DNA from: Macrostomum lignano
Taxonomy: Eukaryota
Length of the DNA stretch: 64,000 nucleotides
Direction: 5' to 3'
Assembly: GCA_002269645.1 (NCBI GenBank)
Contig: NIVC01001121.1
Span: 186,001 to 250,000 of the forward strand
The notes beneath the pieces are model-generated. The model saw only the letters and a list, made by a program, of their open reading frames with translations, searched no databases and was not told where the DNA came from. The translations under genes and the position numbers were made by a program. Below are positions 50,170 to 63,223 of this stretch, one piece after another. The stretch's first letter is position 1, and every line of letters begins with the position of its first letter.

Positions 50170-52080
50170 AGATAGTAGGTAGCTGAGATGAGACATAAAG
50201 GTTAAGTGGAGAAACAATAGAGTAGAGAGGAGAGACAAGAGAGTAGAGAGAAGGAGAGACAAGAGAGTAGAGAGCAGGAGAGACAAGAGAGTAGAGAGAA
50301 GGAGAGACAAGAGAGTAGAGAGAAGGAGAGACAAGAGAGTAGAGAGAAGGAGAGACAAGAGAGTAGAGGTGAGGAGAGACAAGAGAGTAGAGATGAGGGA
50401 CAAGAGAGTAGAGGTGAGGAGAGACAAAAGAGTAGAGGGGAGGAGAGACAAGAGAGTAGATGTGAGGAGAGACAAGAGAGTAGATGTGAGGAGAGACAAG
50501 AGAGTAGATGTGAGGAGAGACAAGAGAGTAGATGTGAGGAGAGACAAGAGAGTAGATGTGAGGAGAGACAAGAGAGTAGATGTGAGGAGAGACAAGAGAG
50601 TAGAGGTGAGGCGAGACAAGAGAGTAGAGGTGAGGAGAGACAAGAGAGTAGAGGGGAGGAGAGACAAGAGAGTAGATGTGAGGAGAGACAAGAGAGTAGA
50701 TGTGAGGAGAGACAAGAGAGTAGATGTGAGGAGAGACAGGAGAGTAGATGTGAGGAGAGACACAGAGTAGATGTGAGGAGAGACAGGAGAGTAGATGTGA
50801 GGAGAGACACAGAGTAGATGTGAGGAGAGACACAGAGTAGATGTGAGGAGAGACACAGAGTAGATGTGAGGAAAGACAAGAGAGTAGAGGGGAGGAGAGA
50901 CAAGAGAGTAGATGTGAGGAGGGACAAGAGAGTAGAGGGGAGGAGAGACAAGAGAGTAGATGTGAGGAGAGACAAGAGAGTAGATGTGAGGAGAGACAAG
51001 AGAGTAGATGTGAGGAGAGACAAGAGAGTAGATGTGAGGAGAGACAAGAGAGTAGATGTGAGGAGAGACAAGAGAGTAGAGGTGAGGAGAGACAAGAGAG
51101 TAGAGGGGAGGAGAGACAAGAGAGTAGATGTGAGGAGAGACAAGAGAGTAGATGTGAGGAGAGACACAGAGTAGATGTGAGGAGAGACAGGAGAGTAGAT
51201 GTGAGGAGAGACACAGAGTAGATGTGAGGAAAGACAAGAGTAGATGTGAGGAGAGACAAGAGAGTAGATGTGAGGAGAGACACGAGAGTAGATGTGAGGA
51301 GAGACAAGAGAGTAGATGTGAGGAGAGACAAGAGAGTAGAGGGGAGGAGAGACAAGAGAGTAGATGTGAGGAGAGACAAGAGAGTAGAGGTGAGGCGAGA
51401 CAAGAGAGTAGAGGTGAGGAGAGACAAGAGAGTAGAGGGGAGGAGAGACAAGAGAATAGATGTGAGGAGAGACAAGAGAGTAGATGTGAGGAGAGACAAG
51501 AGAGTAGATGTGAGGAGAGACAGGAGAGTATATGTGAGGAGAGACAAGAGAGTAGATGTGAGGAGAGACAGGAGAGTATATGTGAGGAGAGACACAGAGT
51601 AGATGTGAGGAGAGACAGGAGAGTAGATGTGAGGAGAGACAAGAGAGTAGATGTGAGGAGAGACAAGAGAGTAGATGTGAGGAGAGACAAGAGAGTAGAT
51701 GTGAGGAGAGACAAGAGAGTAGAGGTGAGGAGAGACAAGAGAGTAGAGGGGAGGAGAGACAAGAGAGTAGATGTGAGGAGAGACAAGAGAGTAGATGTGA
51801 GGAGAGACACAGAGTAGATGTGAGGAGAGACAGGAGAGTAGATGTGAGGAGAGACACAGAGTAGATGTGAGGAAAGACAAGAGTAGATGTGAGGAGAGAC
51901 AAGAGAGTAGATGTGAGGAGAGACACAGAGTAGATGTGAGGAAAGACAAGAGTAGATGTGAGGAGAGACAAGAGAGTAGATGTGAGGAGAGACAAGAGAG
52001 TAGATGGGATGAAAGACAAGAGAGTAGATGTGAGGAGAGACGAGAGAGTAGAGGCGAGGAAAGACAAGAGAGGAGTGATT
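50170..52080. repeat. Purine-rich 24/22-bp minisatellite (agatgtgaggagagacaagagagt)n
   Basis: About 80 units; explains the 576-652 aa low-complexity ORFs. Confidence 0.97.
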
Positions 52081-52516
52081 CGTGAAGTTTCAATTAAGGA
52101 CCCGAAGGTGGAATTAGATATGCTTCGCTGGTAGAAGTTTTCAGGCCTACATGTATACATTGTAAAGTGTAATTTTTATAAAGAAATAATTCATCTTTAG
52201 CCAATTTCAAAATCATTAGGTAGTTTTCCTCAATGTACACCCTGTTTGAGCGTGGGACAAATGTTAAGGCGGTCAGAAATCTTATTAGGTAGACTACAAA
52301 TAGCCCTCAAACTTTACGAGTATTCGAGTTTTTTCTTTGGCTGCCAATCAAAATCGCTTGAAAGGAACTGATTTATGAGTACTGGGCTTTCTAAGCCCCA
52401 GTTATACCAGCTATAGTCTTCGGGTTTGCACTTTTAGAACGACTGCATGTCTTTTGTACTTTTTAAGAGTGCCAATAGTTATACACAGCTTTACATATAC
52501 GCTTCTACATGTACTG

Positions 52517-53010
52517 CTGGGTCACTGATCAGCTGTCTAGAGATCCTGTTGGGGTCACTGATCAGCTGTCTAGAGATGGGGTCACTGATCAGCTGACTAG
52601 AGATCCTGTTGGGGTCACTGATCAGCTGTCTAGAGATCCTGTTGGGGTCACTGATCAGCTGTCTAGAGATGGGGTCTGTCTAGAGCTGTCTAGAGATCCT
52701 GTTGGGGTCACTGATCAGCTGTCTAGAGATGGGGTCACTGATCAGCTGTCTAGAGATGGGGTCATGATCAGCTGTCTAGAGATCCTGTTGGGGTCACTGA
52801 TCAGCTGTATAGAGATGGGGTCACTGATCAGCTGTCTAGAGATCCTGTTGGGGTCACTGATCAGCTGACTAAAGACACTGTTGGGTCACTGATCATGATC
52901 AGCTGACTAAAGATACTGCGGGGTCACTGATCAGGTGACTAGAGATCCTGTTGGGGTCACTGATCAGCTGGACTAGAGATCCTGTTGGGGTCACTGATCA
53001 GCTGACTATA
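52517..53010. repeat. 27/33-bp minisatellite (ggggtcactgatcagctgtctagagat[cctgtt])n
   Basis: About 16 tandem units. Confidence 0.95.
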
Positions 53011-53279
53011 GAGATCCGTAGTCATTTGATCCTACATCCTACTCATTATATCCTATATCAGTAGAGCTGTAACGTGCATCTATACAAGGTGCAAATGTTA
53101 TCAAAGTGCTTCAATTTGCACGTACTATATTCCCTGCCCAATTGCCATAGACTAATCGATAGACAAATTTCAACCAGCTCAATCGCTTTATTTGAGCACA
53201 GCCTAAGCTCAGTCTTAGGCAGCTGTTTACGGGCGGGTTAAAAGCACTCACACACACACACACAGCTCAGTGCAGTGCC

Positions 53280-56200
53280 ATGCCATCGACTTCAACTCCA
53301 ATTCCGCCCGAGAGTCTCGGCGGCGTCAGCAGCACCTCGCAGTCGTCCAGCGAGGACTCCGCCGCGGTCAGCGAGGACTCCGCAACAGCCACTTCTCCGG
53401 CCTCGGTGTCGGCGAAATTTCGTCGCCGAATGCTGGAGACCTCGGAGCCGGTGATGCAGCGCACCTGCTGCCCCTGCTGCGACAGGAACTTTCTCAAGGC
53501 CTCGGAGCTGCTCGCCTCCTTCAAGGAGCACCTGAAGCAGGCGCTGGCTGCGCAGCAGGAGCAGCAGAAGAGCAAAAAACAGAACGGCAGTGAGCTGAGT
53601 GAGAATTCTGTGCTGCATGGCATGAGTCAGGTAACTGCGCTCAGCGACCTGGTGGTGTTAGATAAGGATTAGATAAGGATATTCAACCTGTTAGATAAGG
53701 ATATTCAACCTGTTAGATAAGGATATTCAACCTGTTAGATAAGGATATTCAACCTGTTAGATAAGGATATTCAACCTGTTAAATAAGGATTCAACCTGTT
53801 AGATAAGGATTCAACCTGTTAGATAAGGACTCAACCTGTTAGATAAAGACTTAACCTGTTAGATAAGGATTCAACCTGTTAGATAAGGATTCAACCTGTT
53901 AGACAAGGATATTCAACCTGTTAGATAAGGATTCAGCCTGTTAGATAAGGATTCAACCTGTTAGATAAGGATTCAACCTGTTAGACACCAGAAACACCTG
54001 TTAGACACCAGCAACACCTGTTAGACACCAGAAACACCTGTTAAACACCAGAAACAACTGTTAGACACCAGAAACACCTGTTAGACACCAGCAACACCTG
54101 TTAGACACCAGAAACACCTGTTAAACACCAGAAACACCTGTTAAACACCAGAAACACGTGTTAGACACCAGCAACACGTGTTAGACACCAGAAACACCTG
54201 TTAGACACCAGAAACACCTGTTAAACACCAGAAACACCTGTTAGACACCAGCAACACGTGTTAGACACCAGCAAAACCTGCTAGACACCAGTTTCACATG
54301 TTAAACACCGAATTCACCTGTTAGACATCAGTTTCACCTGTTAGACACCAGTTTCACCTGTTAGACACCAGTTTCACCTGTTAGACACCAGTTTCACCTG
54401 TTAGACACCAGTTTCACCTGTTAGACACCAGTTGCACCTGTTAGACACCAGTTTTACCTGTTAGACATCAGTTTTACCTGTTAGACACCAGCCTCACCTG
54501 TTAGCCAGGTTTAAGCCCCTCAATTAAAACTTGCAGACTGAAAGCAAAATCTTTCTTGGAGACGACTTCCTGAGCCGGCTGCTCGCCAGGTGCAACTGTG
54601 ACTTCGTGCGCGCCTCGGAGCGCCTGACGGTGGCCCGGACTGTGCACCAGAAGTACACCTTGGATACCAGCGTGTCCTGCAAGGTGTGCACTCAACGGCC
54701 TGGATTTCACAGCTTCCGTCAGGTGAGCTATGATTTATGACTTAGCTAGTGCACTGGCTTGTAAACCTTATTGTTTTTTTACATGATTTCGCTGCTTTAA
54801 GATCCCATTCGGTTTATGATCCCATCCAGTTTATGATCCCATCCAGTTTATGATCCCATCCAGTTTATGATCCCATCCAGTTTATGATCCCATCCAGTTT
54901 ATGATCCCATCCATTTTATGACCATATCTGGTTTATGATCCCATCCAGTTTAAGATCATACCCAGTTTATGATCCCATCCAGTTTATGATCCCATCCAGT
55001 TTATGATCCCATCCAGTTTATGATCCCATCCAGTTTATGATCCCATCCAGTTTATGATCCCATCCAGTTTATGATCCCATCCAGTTTATGATCCCATCCA
55101 TTTTATGACCATATCCGGTTTATGATCCCATCCAGTTTAAGATCATACCCAGTTTATGATCCCATCCATTTTATGACCATATCCGGTTTATGATCCCATC
55201 CAGTTTAAGATCATACCCAGTTTATGATCCCATCCAGTTTATGATCCCATCCAGTTTATGATCATATCCAGTTTATGATCATATCCAGTTTATGATCCCA
55301 TCCAGTTTATGATCCCATCCAGTTTATGATCCCATCCAGTTTATGATCCTATCCAGTTTATGATCCCATCCAGTTTATGATCCCATCCAGTTTATGATCC
55401 CATCCAGTTTATGATCATATCCAGTTTATGATCATATCCAGTTTATGATTCCATCCAGTTTATGATCATATCCGGTTTATGATCCCATCCAGTTTATGAT
55501 CCCATCCAGTTTATGATCATATCCAGTTTATGACCATTTAATTTATGATCCCATCCAGTTTGTGATCCCGTCAAGTTTATGATCTCATTAAGTTTATGAT
55601 CCCATCGAATTTATGATCCCATCCAGTTTATGATCCCATCCAGTTTATGATCCCATCCAGTTTGTGATCCTGTCGAGTTTATGATCTTATTAAGTTTATG
55701 ATGCCATCCAGTTTGTGACTCGACATCTAGTCGAAACTAGTTTTTAACAATTTGATCCCATTTGTCCAATCGCATCCAACTCCCCTCATGGCATCTGAAC
55801 TTCAGGTGGGCTTCGACCGCTGCGGTAAGCCAGTGCTGTACACCTGCCTTAATCAGGACTTTGAGACCGGCACCCAGCCCGAGCAGGTACGGGACTACCT
55901 GCTGCACATGATTCTCATTGTCAAAGAGGCTGAAAAGACCATTCCTGAGAGCCAGCACTCTCTGGTATTGGTGTTCGACGCCACGGGTCTCGGCATGAAT
56001 CACGTGCGCACGGACACCGTGTCGCAGTTTGGCGAAATCCTGCGCTACTTCCCCGCTAGAATGAGCTACGCATTAGTGCTTAACATGAGCAGGTGAGTGC
56101 TCAGGGCATCCGGGTTGGCGCTGTGGGAGTTTGTTCTCGAGGTGAATTGAGTATCGAACAAGTAGATTGAGTATCGAACAAGTAGATTGAGTATCAAGCA

Positions 56201-59200
56201 GGTGGATTGAGTATCAAACAGGTATAGATTGAGTATCAAACAAGTAGATTGAGTATCAAACAGGTGGATTGAGTATCAAACAGGTGGATTGAGTATCAAA
56301 CAGGTAGATTGAGCATCAAACAGGTAGATTGAGTATCAAACAGGTAGATTGAGTATCAAACAGGTAGATTGAGTATCAAACAGGTAGATTGAGCATCAAA
56401 CAGGTGGATTGAGTATCAAACAGGTAGATTGAGTATCAAGCAGGTGGATTGAGTATCAAACAGGTATAGATTGAGTATCAAACAAGTAGATTGAGTATCA
56501 AACAGGTGGATTGAGTATCAAACAGGTGGATTGAGTATCAAACAGGTAGATTGAGCATCAAACAGGTAGATTGAGTATCAAACAGGTAGATTGAGTATCA
56601 AACAGGTAGATTGAGCATCAAACAGGTGGATTGAGCATCAAACAGGTAGATTGAGTATCAAACAGGTAGATTGAGTATCAAACAGGTGGATTGAGTATCA
56701 AACAGGTAGATTGAGTATCAAACAGGTGGATTGAGTATCAAACAGGTGGATTGAGTATCAAACAGGTAGATTGAGTATCAAACAGGTAGATTGAGTATCG
56801 AACAGGTGGATTGAGTATCAAACAGGTGGATTGAGTATCAAACAGGTGGATTGAGTATCGAACAGGTAGATTGAGTATCAAACAGGTAGATTGAGTATCG
56901 AACGGGTAGATTGAGTATCGAACAGGTAGATTGAGTATCAAACAGGTAAATTGAGTATCGAACAGGTAGATTGAGTATCGAACAGGTAGATTGAGTATCA
57001 AACAGGTAGATTGAGTATCAAACAGGTAGATTGAGTATCGAACAGGTAGATTGAGTATCGAACAGGTAGATTGAGTATCGAACAGGTAGATTGAGTATCA
57101 AACAGGTAGATTGAGTATCAAACAAGTAGATTGAGTATCAAACAGGTGGATTGAGTATCAAACAGGTAGATTGAGTATCGAACAGGTGGATTGAGTATCG
57201 AAACAGGTAAATTGAGTATCGAACAGGTAGATTGAGTATCGAACAGGTAGATTGAGTATCGAACAGGTAGATTGAGTATCAAACAGGTAGATTGAGTATC
57301 GAACAGGTAGATTGAGTATCGAACAGGTAGATTGAGTATCGAACAGGTAGATTGAGTATCAAACAGGTAGATTGAGTATCGAACAAGTAGATTGAGTATC
57401 AAGCAGGTGGATTGAGTGTCAAACAGGTATAGATTGAGTATCAAACAGGTGGATTGAGTATCAAACAGGTGGATTGAGTATCAAACAGGTAGATTGAGTA
57501 TCAAACAAGTAGATTGAGTATCGAACAAGTAGATTGAGTATCAAACAAGTAGATTGAGTATCAAACAGGTAGATTGAGTATCAAACAGGTGGATTGAGCA
57601 TCAAACAGGTAGATTGAGTATCAAACAGGTAGATTGAGCATCAAACAGGTAGATTGAGTATCAAACAGGTAGATTGAGCATCAAACAGGTGGATTGAGCA
57701 TCAAACAGGTAGATTGAGTATCAAACAGGTGGATTGAGCATCAAACAGGTAGATTGAGTATCAAACAGGTAGATTGAGTATCAAACAGGTAGATTGAGTA
57801 TCGAACAGGTAGATTGAGTATCAAACAGGTAGATTGAGTATCGAACAAGTAGATTGAGTATCAAGCAGGTGGATTGAGTGTCAAACAGGTATAGATTGAG
57901 TATCAAACAGGTGGATTGAGTATCAAACAGGTGGATTGAGTATCAAACAGGTAGATTGAGTATCAAACAAGTAGATTGAGTATCGAACAAGTAGATTGAG
58001 TATCAAACAAGTAGATTGAGTATCAAACAGGTAGATTGAGTATCAAACAGGTGGATTGAGCATCAAACAGGTAGATTGAGTATCAAACAGGTAGATTGAG
58101 CATCAAACAGGTAGATTGAGTATCAAACAGGTAGATTGAGCATCAAACAGGTAGATTGAGCATCAAACAGGTAGATTGAGTATCAAACAGGTGGATTGAG
58201 CATCAAACAGGTAGATTGAGTATCAAACAGGTAGATTGAGTATCAAACAGGTAGATTGAGTATCAAACAGGTAGATTGAGTATCGAACGGGTAGATTGAG
58301 TATCGAACAGGTAGATTGAGTATCAAACAGGTAAATTGAGTATCGAACAGGTAGATTGAGTATCGAACAGGTAGATTGAGTATCGAACAGGTAGATTGAG
58401 TATCAAACAGGTAGATTGAGTATCGAACAGGTAGATTGAGTATCGAACAGGTAGATTGAGTATCGAACAGGTAGATTGAGTATCAAACAGGTAGATTGAG
58501 TATCAAACAAGTAGATTGAGTATCAAACAGGTGGATTGAGTATCAAACAGGTAGATTGAGTATCGAACAGGTGGATTGAGTATCGAAACAGGTAAATTGA
58601 GTATCGAAACAGGTAAATTGAGTATCGAACAGGTAGATTGAGTATCGAACAGGTAGATTGAGTATCGAACAGGTAGATTGAGTGTCGAACAGGTAGATTG
58701 AGTGTCGAACAGGTAGACTGAGTGTCGAACAGGTAGATTGAGTATCGAACAGGTAGATTGAGTATTGAACAGGTAGATTGAGTATCGAACAGGTAGATTG
58801 AGTGTCGAACAGGTAGATTGAGTGTCGAACAGGTAGACTGAGTGTCGAACAGGTAGATTGAGTATCGAACAGGTAGATTGAGTATTGAACAGGTAGATTG
58901 AGCATCACAGGGGCATTGACTCTTATGCAGTTATTGAGCCAGCAATTAAAGCTCTACTCTTCAAACCATATTTATCAACTCTGCAGGGTGACCCGATTCC
59001 TGCTGAAGCCCATCATCCACCTGACGGGGCACCAGGATGATGTAGTCCTACTGCCCAGCGGCAACCTGGAGCCCCAACTATCCGAGTGCTTCGACGCCCC
59101 CCTCGCCCGCTGGATGACGCGCGAGTCGGAGCGCAACGAGACGGCCCGGATGCCGTTCTGGTCTGCGCCAGAGGACTCGTCAGGTGCCGCTCACGATCCC

Positions 59201-59284
59201 AGAGGCGAGCCGGCCTACGTCAATAATTTCGTGAAGCGCCGGCACCCGTGCGGCCATCGGCCTCACCCTTCCATCGTGACCTGA
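53280..59284 (+). CDS. CRAL-TRIO/Sec14-like lipid-binding protein, ~373 aa; exons 53280-53630, 54537-54722, 55806-56092, 58987-59284
   Basis: DDFLSRLL (CRAL-TRIO N-terminal part), GFDRCGKPVLY, LVLVFDATGLG..H, ILRYFPARMSYALVLN. GT..AG introns (phases 0, 0, 2) join into one open frame. Confidence 0.88.
53665..54505. repeat. Intron 1 satellite, 20/22-bp units sharing the ACCTGTTAGA core
   Basis: Units gttagataaggat(at)tcaacct, then gttagacaccag(a/c)aacacct, then gttagacaccagtttcacct. Confidence 0.95.
54800..55720. repeat. Intron 2 satellite, 17-bp (atgatcccatccagttt)n
   Basis: About 50 tandem units. Confidence 0.95.
56145..58905. repeat. Intron 3 satellite, 20-bp (gattgagtatcaaacaggta)n
   Basis: About 135 units with internal block duplications. 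Confidence 0.97.
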
Positions 59285-59434
59285 GAGTTCACCTCGCTTC
59301 TAAACACTTTATAACAAAAGTTTACTTTTGGTTGGGAGTGAATTAATTGGAATTTGTTTTCAAATACAGAAACTCTTGCGACGACATCGGTGTGCCAAAT
59401 CAATTATGTCAGCTGCTTTCGAGTGCGGTTGTTT

Positions 59435-62060
59435 CGTGTGCCAGTTGTTGGAGGTGTGCCAGTTGTTGTGAGGTGTGTCAGTTGTTGTGAGGTGTGTCAG
59501 TTGTTGTGAGGTGTGCCAGTTGTTGTGAGGTGTGTCAGTTGTTGTGAGGTGTGTCAGTTGTTGTGAGGTGTGCCAGTTGTTGTGAGGTGTGTCAGTTGTT
59601 GTGAGATGTGTCAGTTGTGAGGTGTGTCAGTTGTTGTGAGATGTGTCAGTTGTGAGGTGTGTCAGTTGTTGTGAGGTGTGGCAGTTGTTGTGAGTTGTGT
59701 CAGTTGTTGTGAGGTGTGCCAGTTGTTGTGAGGTGTGCCAGTTGTTGTGAGGTGTGCCAGTTGTTGTGAGGTGTGTCAGTTGTTGTGAGGTGTGCCAGTT
59801 GTTGTGAGGTGTGCCAGTTGTTGTGAGGTGTGCCAGTTGTTGTGAGGTGTGCCAGTTGTTGTGAGGTGTGCCAGTTGTTGTGAGGTGTGTCAGTTGTTGT
59901 GAGGTGTGCCAGTTGTTGTGAGGTGTGCCAGTTGTTGTGAGGTGTGTTAGTTGGTTGTTGTGAGGTGTGGCAGTTGTTGTGAGGTGTGTCAGTTGTTGTA
60001 AGGTGTGCCAGTTGTTGTGAGGTGTGCCAGTTGTTGTGAGGTGTGCCAGTTGTTTTGAGGTGTGTCAGTTGTTGTGAGGTGTGGCAGTTGTTGTGAGGTG
60101 TGGCAGTTGTTGTGAGGTGTGGCAGTTGTTGTGAGGTGTGTCAGTTGTTGTGAGATGTGTCAGTTGTGAGGTGTGTCAGTTGTTGTGAGATGTGTCAGTT
60201 GTGAGGTGTGTCAGTTGTTGTGAGGTGTGTCAGTTGTTGTGAGGTGTGTCAGTTGTTGTGAGGTGTGCCAGTTGTTTTGAGGTGTGTCAGTTGTTGTGAG
60301 GTGTGGCAGTTGTTGTGAGGTGTGGCAGTTGTTGTGAGGTGTGTCAGTTGTTGTGAGATGTGTCAGTTGTGAGGTGTGTCAGTTGTTGTGAGGTGTGTCA
60401 GTTGTTGTGAGGTGTGTCAGTTGTTGTGAGGTGTGCCAGTTGTTTTGAGGTGTGTCAGTTGTTGTGAGGTGTGGCAGTTGTTGTGAGGTGTGGCAGTTGT
60501 TGTGAGGTGTGTCAGTTGTTGTGAGGTGTGTCAGTTCTTGTGAGGTGTGGCAGTTGTTGTGAGGTGCATCAGTTGTGAGGTGTGTCAGTTGTGAGGTGTG
60601 TCAGTTGTTGTGAGGTGTGTCAATTGTTGTGAGGTGTGTCAGTTGTTGTGAGGTGTGTCAATTGTTGTGAGGTGTGTCAGTTGTTGTGAGGTGTGTCAAT
60701 TGTTGTGAGGTGTGTCAGTTGTTGTGAGGTGTGTCAATTGTTGTGAGGTGTGTCAGTTGTTGTGAGGTGTGTTAGTTGTTGTGAGGTGTGTTAGTTGTTG
60801 TGAGGTGTGTCAGTTGTTGTGAGGTGTGCCAGTTGTTGTGAGATGTGTCAATTGTTGTGAGGTGTGTCAATTGTTGTGAGATGTGTCAGTTGTGAGGTGT
60901 GTCAGTTGTTGTGAGATGTGTCAATTGTTGTGACGTGTGTCAGTTGTTGTGAGGTGTGTCAGTTTTTGTGAGATGTTCCATTAGTTGTGAGGTGTGTCAG
61001 TTGTTGTGACGTGTGCCAGTTGTTGTGAGGTGTGTCAGTTGTTGTGGGGTGTGTCACTTGTTGTGACGTGTGCCAGTTGTTGTGAAATGTGCCAGTAGTT
61101 GAGGTGTGTTAGTTGTTGTGAGGTGTGCCAGTTGTTGTGAGGTGTGTCAATTGTTGTGACGTGTATCAGTTGTTGTGAGGTGTGTCAGTTTTTGTGAGAT
61201 GTTCCATTAGTTGTGAGGTGTGTCAGTTGTTGTGAGGTGCATCAGTTGTTGTGAGGTGTGTCAGTTTTTGTGAGATGTTCCATTAGTTGTGAGGTGTGTC
61301 AGTTGTTGTGACGTGTGCCAGTTGTTGTGAGGTGTGTCAGTTGTTGTGGGGTGTGTCACTTGTTGTGACGTGTGCCAGTTGTTGTGAAATGTGCCAGTAG
61401 TTGAGGTGTGTTAGTTGTTGTGAGGTGTGCCAGTTGTTGTGAGGTGTGTCAGTTGTTGTGAGGTGTGTCAGTTGTGAGGTGTGTCAGTTGTTGTGAGGTG
61501 TGTCAGTTGTTGTGAGGTGTGTCAGTTGTTGTGAAGTGTGGCAGTTGTTGTGAGGTGTGGCAGTTGTTGTGAGGTGTGGCAGTTGTTGTGAAGTGTGGCA
61601 GTTGTTGTGAGGTGTGTCAGTTGTTGTGACGTGTGCCAGTTGTTGTGAGGTGTGTCAGTTGTTGTGGGGTGTGTCACTTGTTGTGACGTGTGCCAGTTGT
61701 TGTGAAATGTGCCAGTAGTTGAGGTGTGTTAGTTGTTGTGAGGTGTGCCAGTTGTTGTGAGGTGTGTCAGTTGTTGTGAGGTGTGTCAGTTGTGAGGTGT
61801 GTCAGTTGTTGTGAGGTGTGTCAGTTGTTGTGAGGTGTGTCAGTTGTTGTGAAGTGTGGCAGTTGTTGTGAGGTGTGGCAGTTGTTGTGAGGTGTGTCAG
61901 TTGTTGTGAGGTGTGTCAGTTGTTGTGAGGTGTGTCAGTTGTTGTGAAGTTTGGCAGTTGTTGTGAGGTGTGTTAGTTGTTGTGAGGTGTGTCAGTTGTT
62001 GTGAAGTGTATCAGTTGTGAGGTGTATTATTAGTTGTTGGTTGTCAGGTGTGTCAGTTTT
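59435..62060. repeat. 19-bp satellite (tgttgtgaggtgtgtcagt)n
   Basis: About 135 units with 16-bp variants and higher-order blocks. Confidence 0.97.
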
Positions 62061-63223
62061 TTCCAGGTGTCAGTTTTTGTCAGGTTTTTGAGAAGTGGTT
62101 CAGCGAGGTTTAACAGTCTCACAAGGCTTACGCTCACATGCTTGTATTAGGAAGAATTCTACAGCTAAACAAACATGGACTTTTAATCATATTACGTCAC
62201 GTCGGTTGAAGACGTTTTAAGCGCGCATTTCAAGCGTAAATAGAAATGGCTGTGCAATTAGTAGGCGTGAGTAAAGTTTTAATCTAACCTTTACAAATAA
62301 ACCATGGTACAGTTGGCAAATCAGCAAGATAAAAACGCTTCAGATAGCCAAGTACACCTGCATACACTGTAATAGGTGACTAATGAGAGTTAAAATTATA
62401 GCAAACTCTGACCAGAAGACAGAATTGGAGCTGGCACACATTTCCCTGTGAGCAAAAGCGCATTGTATGCAGTATACAATAAAATCGGCACTGGGATTTG
62501 GCATTCCCTATACGCGATCGCTTACAGAAAAAGTTGAAAAATACATGCAGTTCATCGTCAGACTTGAAAAGGGATCGATTAAATAAGTTGTTGATGATTA
62601 AAACCAAAGAAGTTACCAAGGACAACTTAACAACAGTTGTTAAGTAGTCCTTGGAAGTTACACTTAGGCAACATGATGGATATTTTACATCACACGGGTG
62701 TCAATAAGTACTCGAACACATTGGGTAGCTTAGTGGCAGGTGTTGTATCTCTCATAGCTCCAATCAAATAACGTTATACTGCAGATTTAAACTGACGTCA
62801 TTAATAGCATTATTCTGTTAATTCATAAATTATAATAGAGTAATATAATCGAGAATTTGATTCTTCGTTAATGCGCAGAAAAATGGACAGACAGTATAAG
62901 TGCTAACTCTCGATCGACCAGAGAAAAGAAACAGCACGATACCCTGGTAGCAATTGCATTCCGTGTTAAAAATGACAAGTTCAAGTCACAAAAAATGGGT
63001 CTATATTCGCGGTTTAATTACCAAAAATTTTAGTAGATTCGAAAATGAATTACAATGAATTATCACTTTTCAGTTTTTACAAGCAGTTCAGAAAGGCGCA
63101 TATACAAGACGGAGACTGTATGTACTTCATAGAACAATTGCAAAACATAGGTGATTATGCTACCGGTATAAACCATTTGCAGGGTGATTATAACCGTTAC
63201 GTCACCGCAGGTCACCCATGGTT

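Noticed and set aside
50080-52160. 576-652 aa Leu/Ser-rich ORFs
   Set aside because: Translations of the 24/22-bp array.
56145-62060. CRISPR interpretation of the long arrays
   Set aside because: Units are head-to-tail with no unique spacers; they are satellites.
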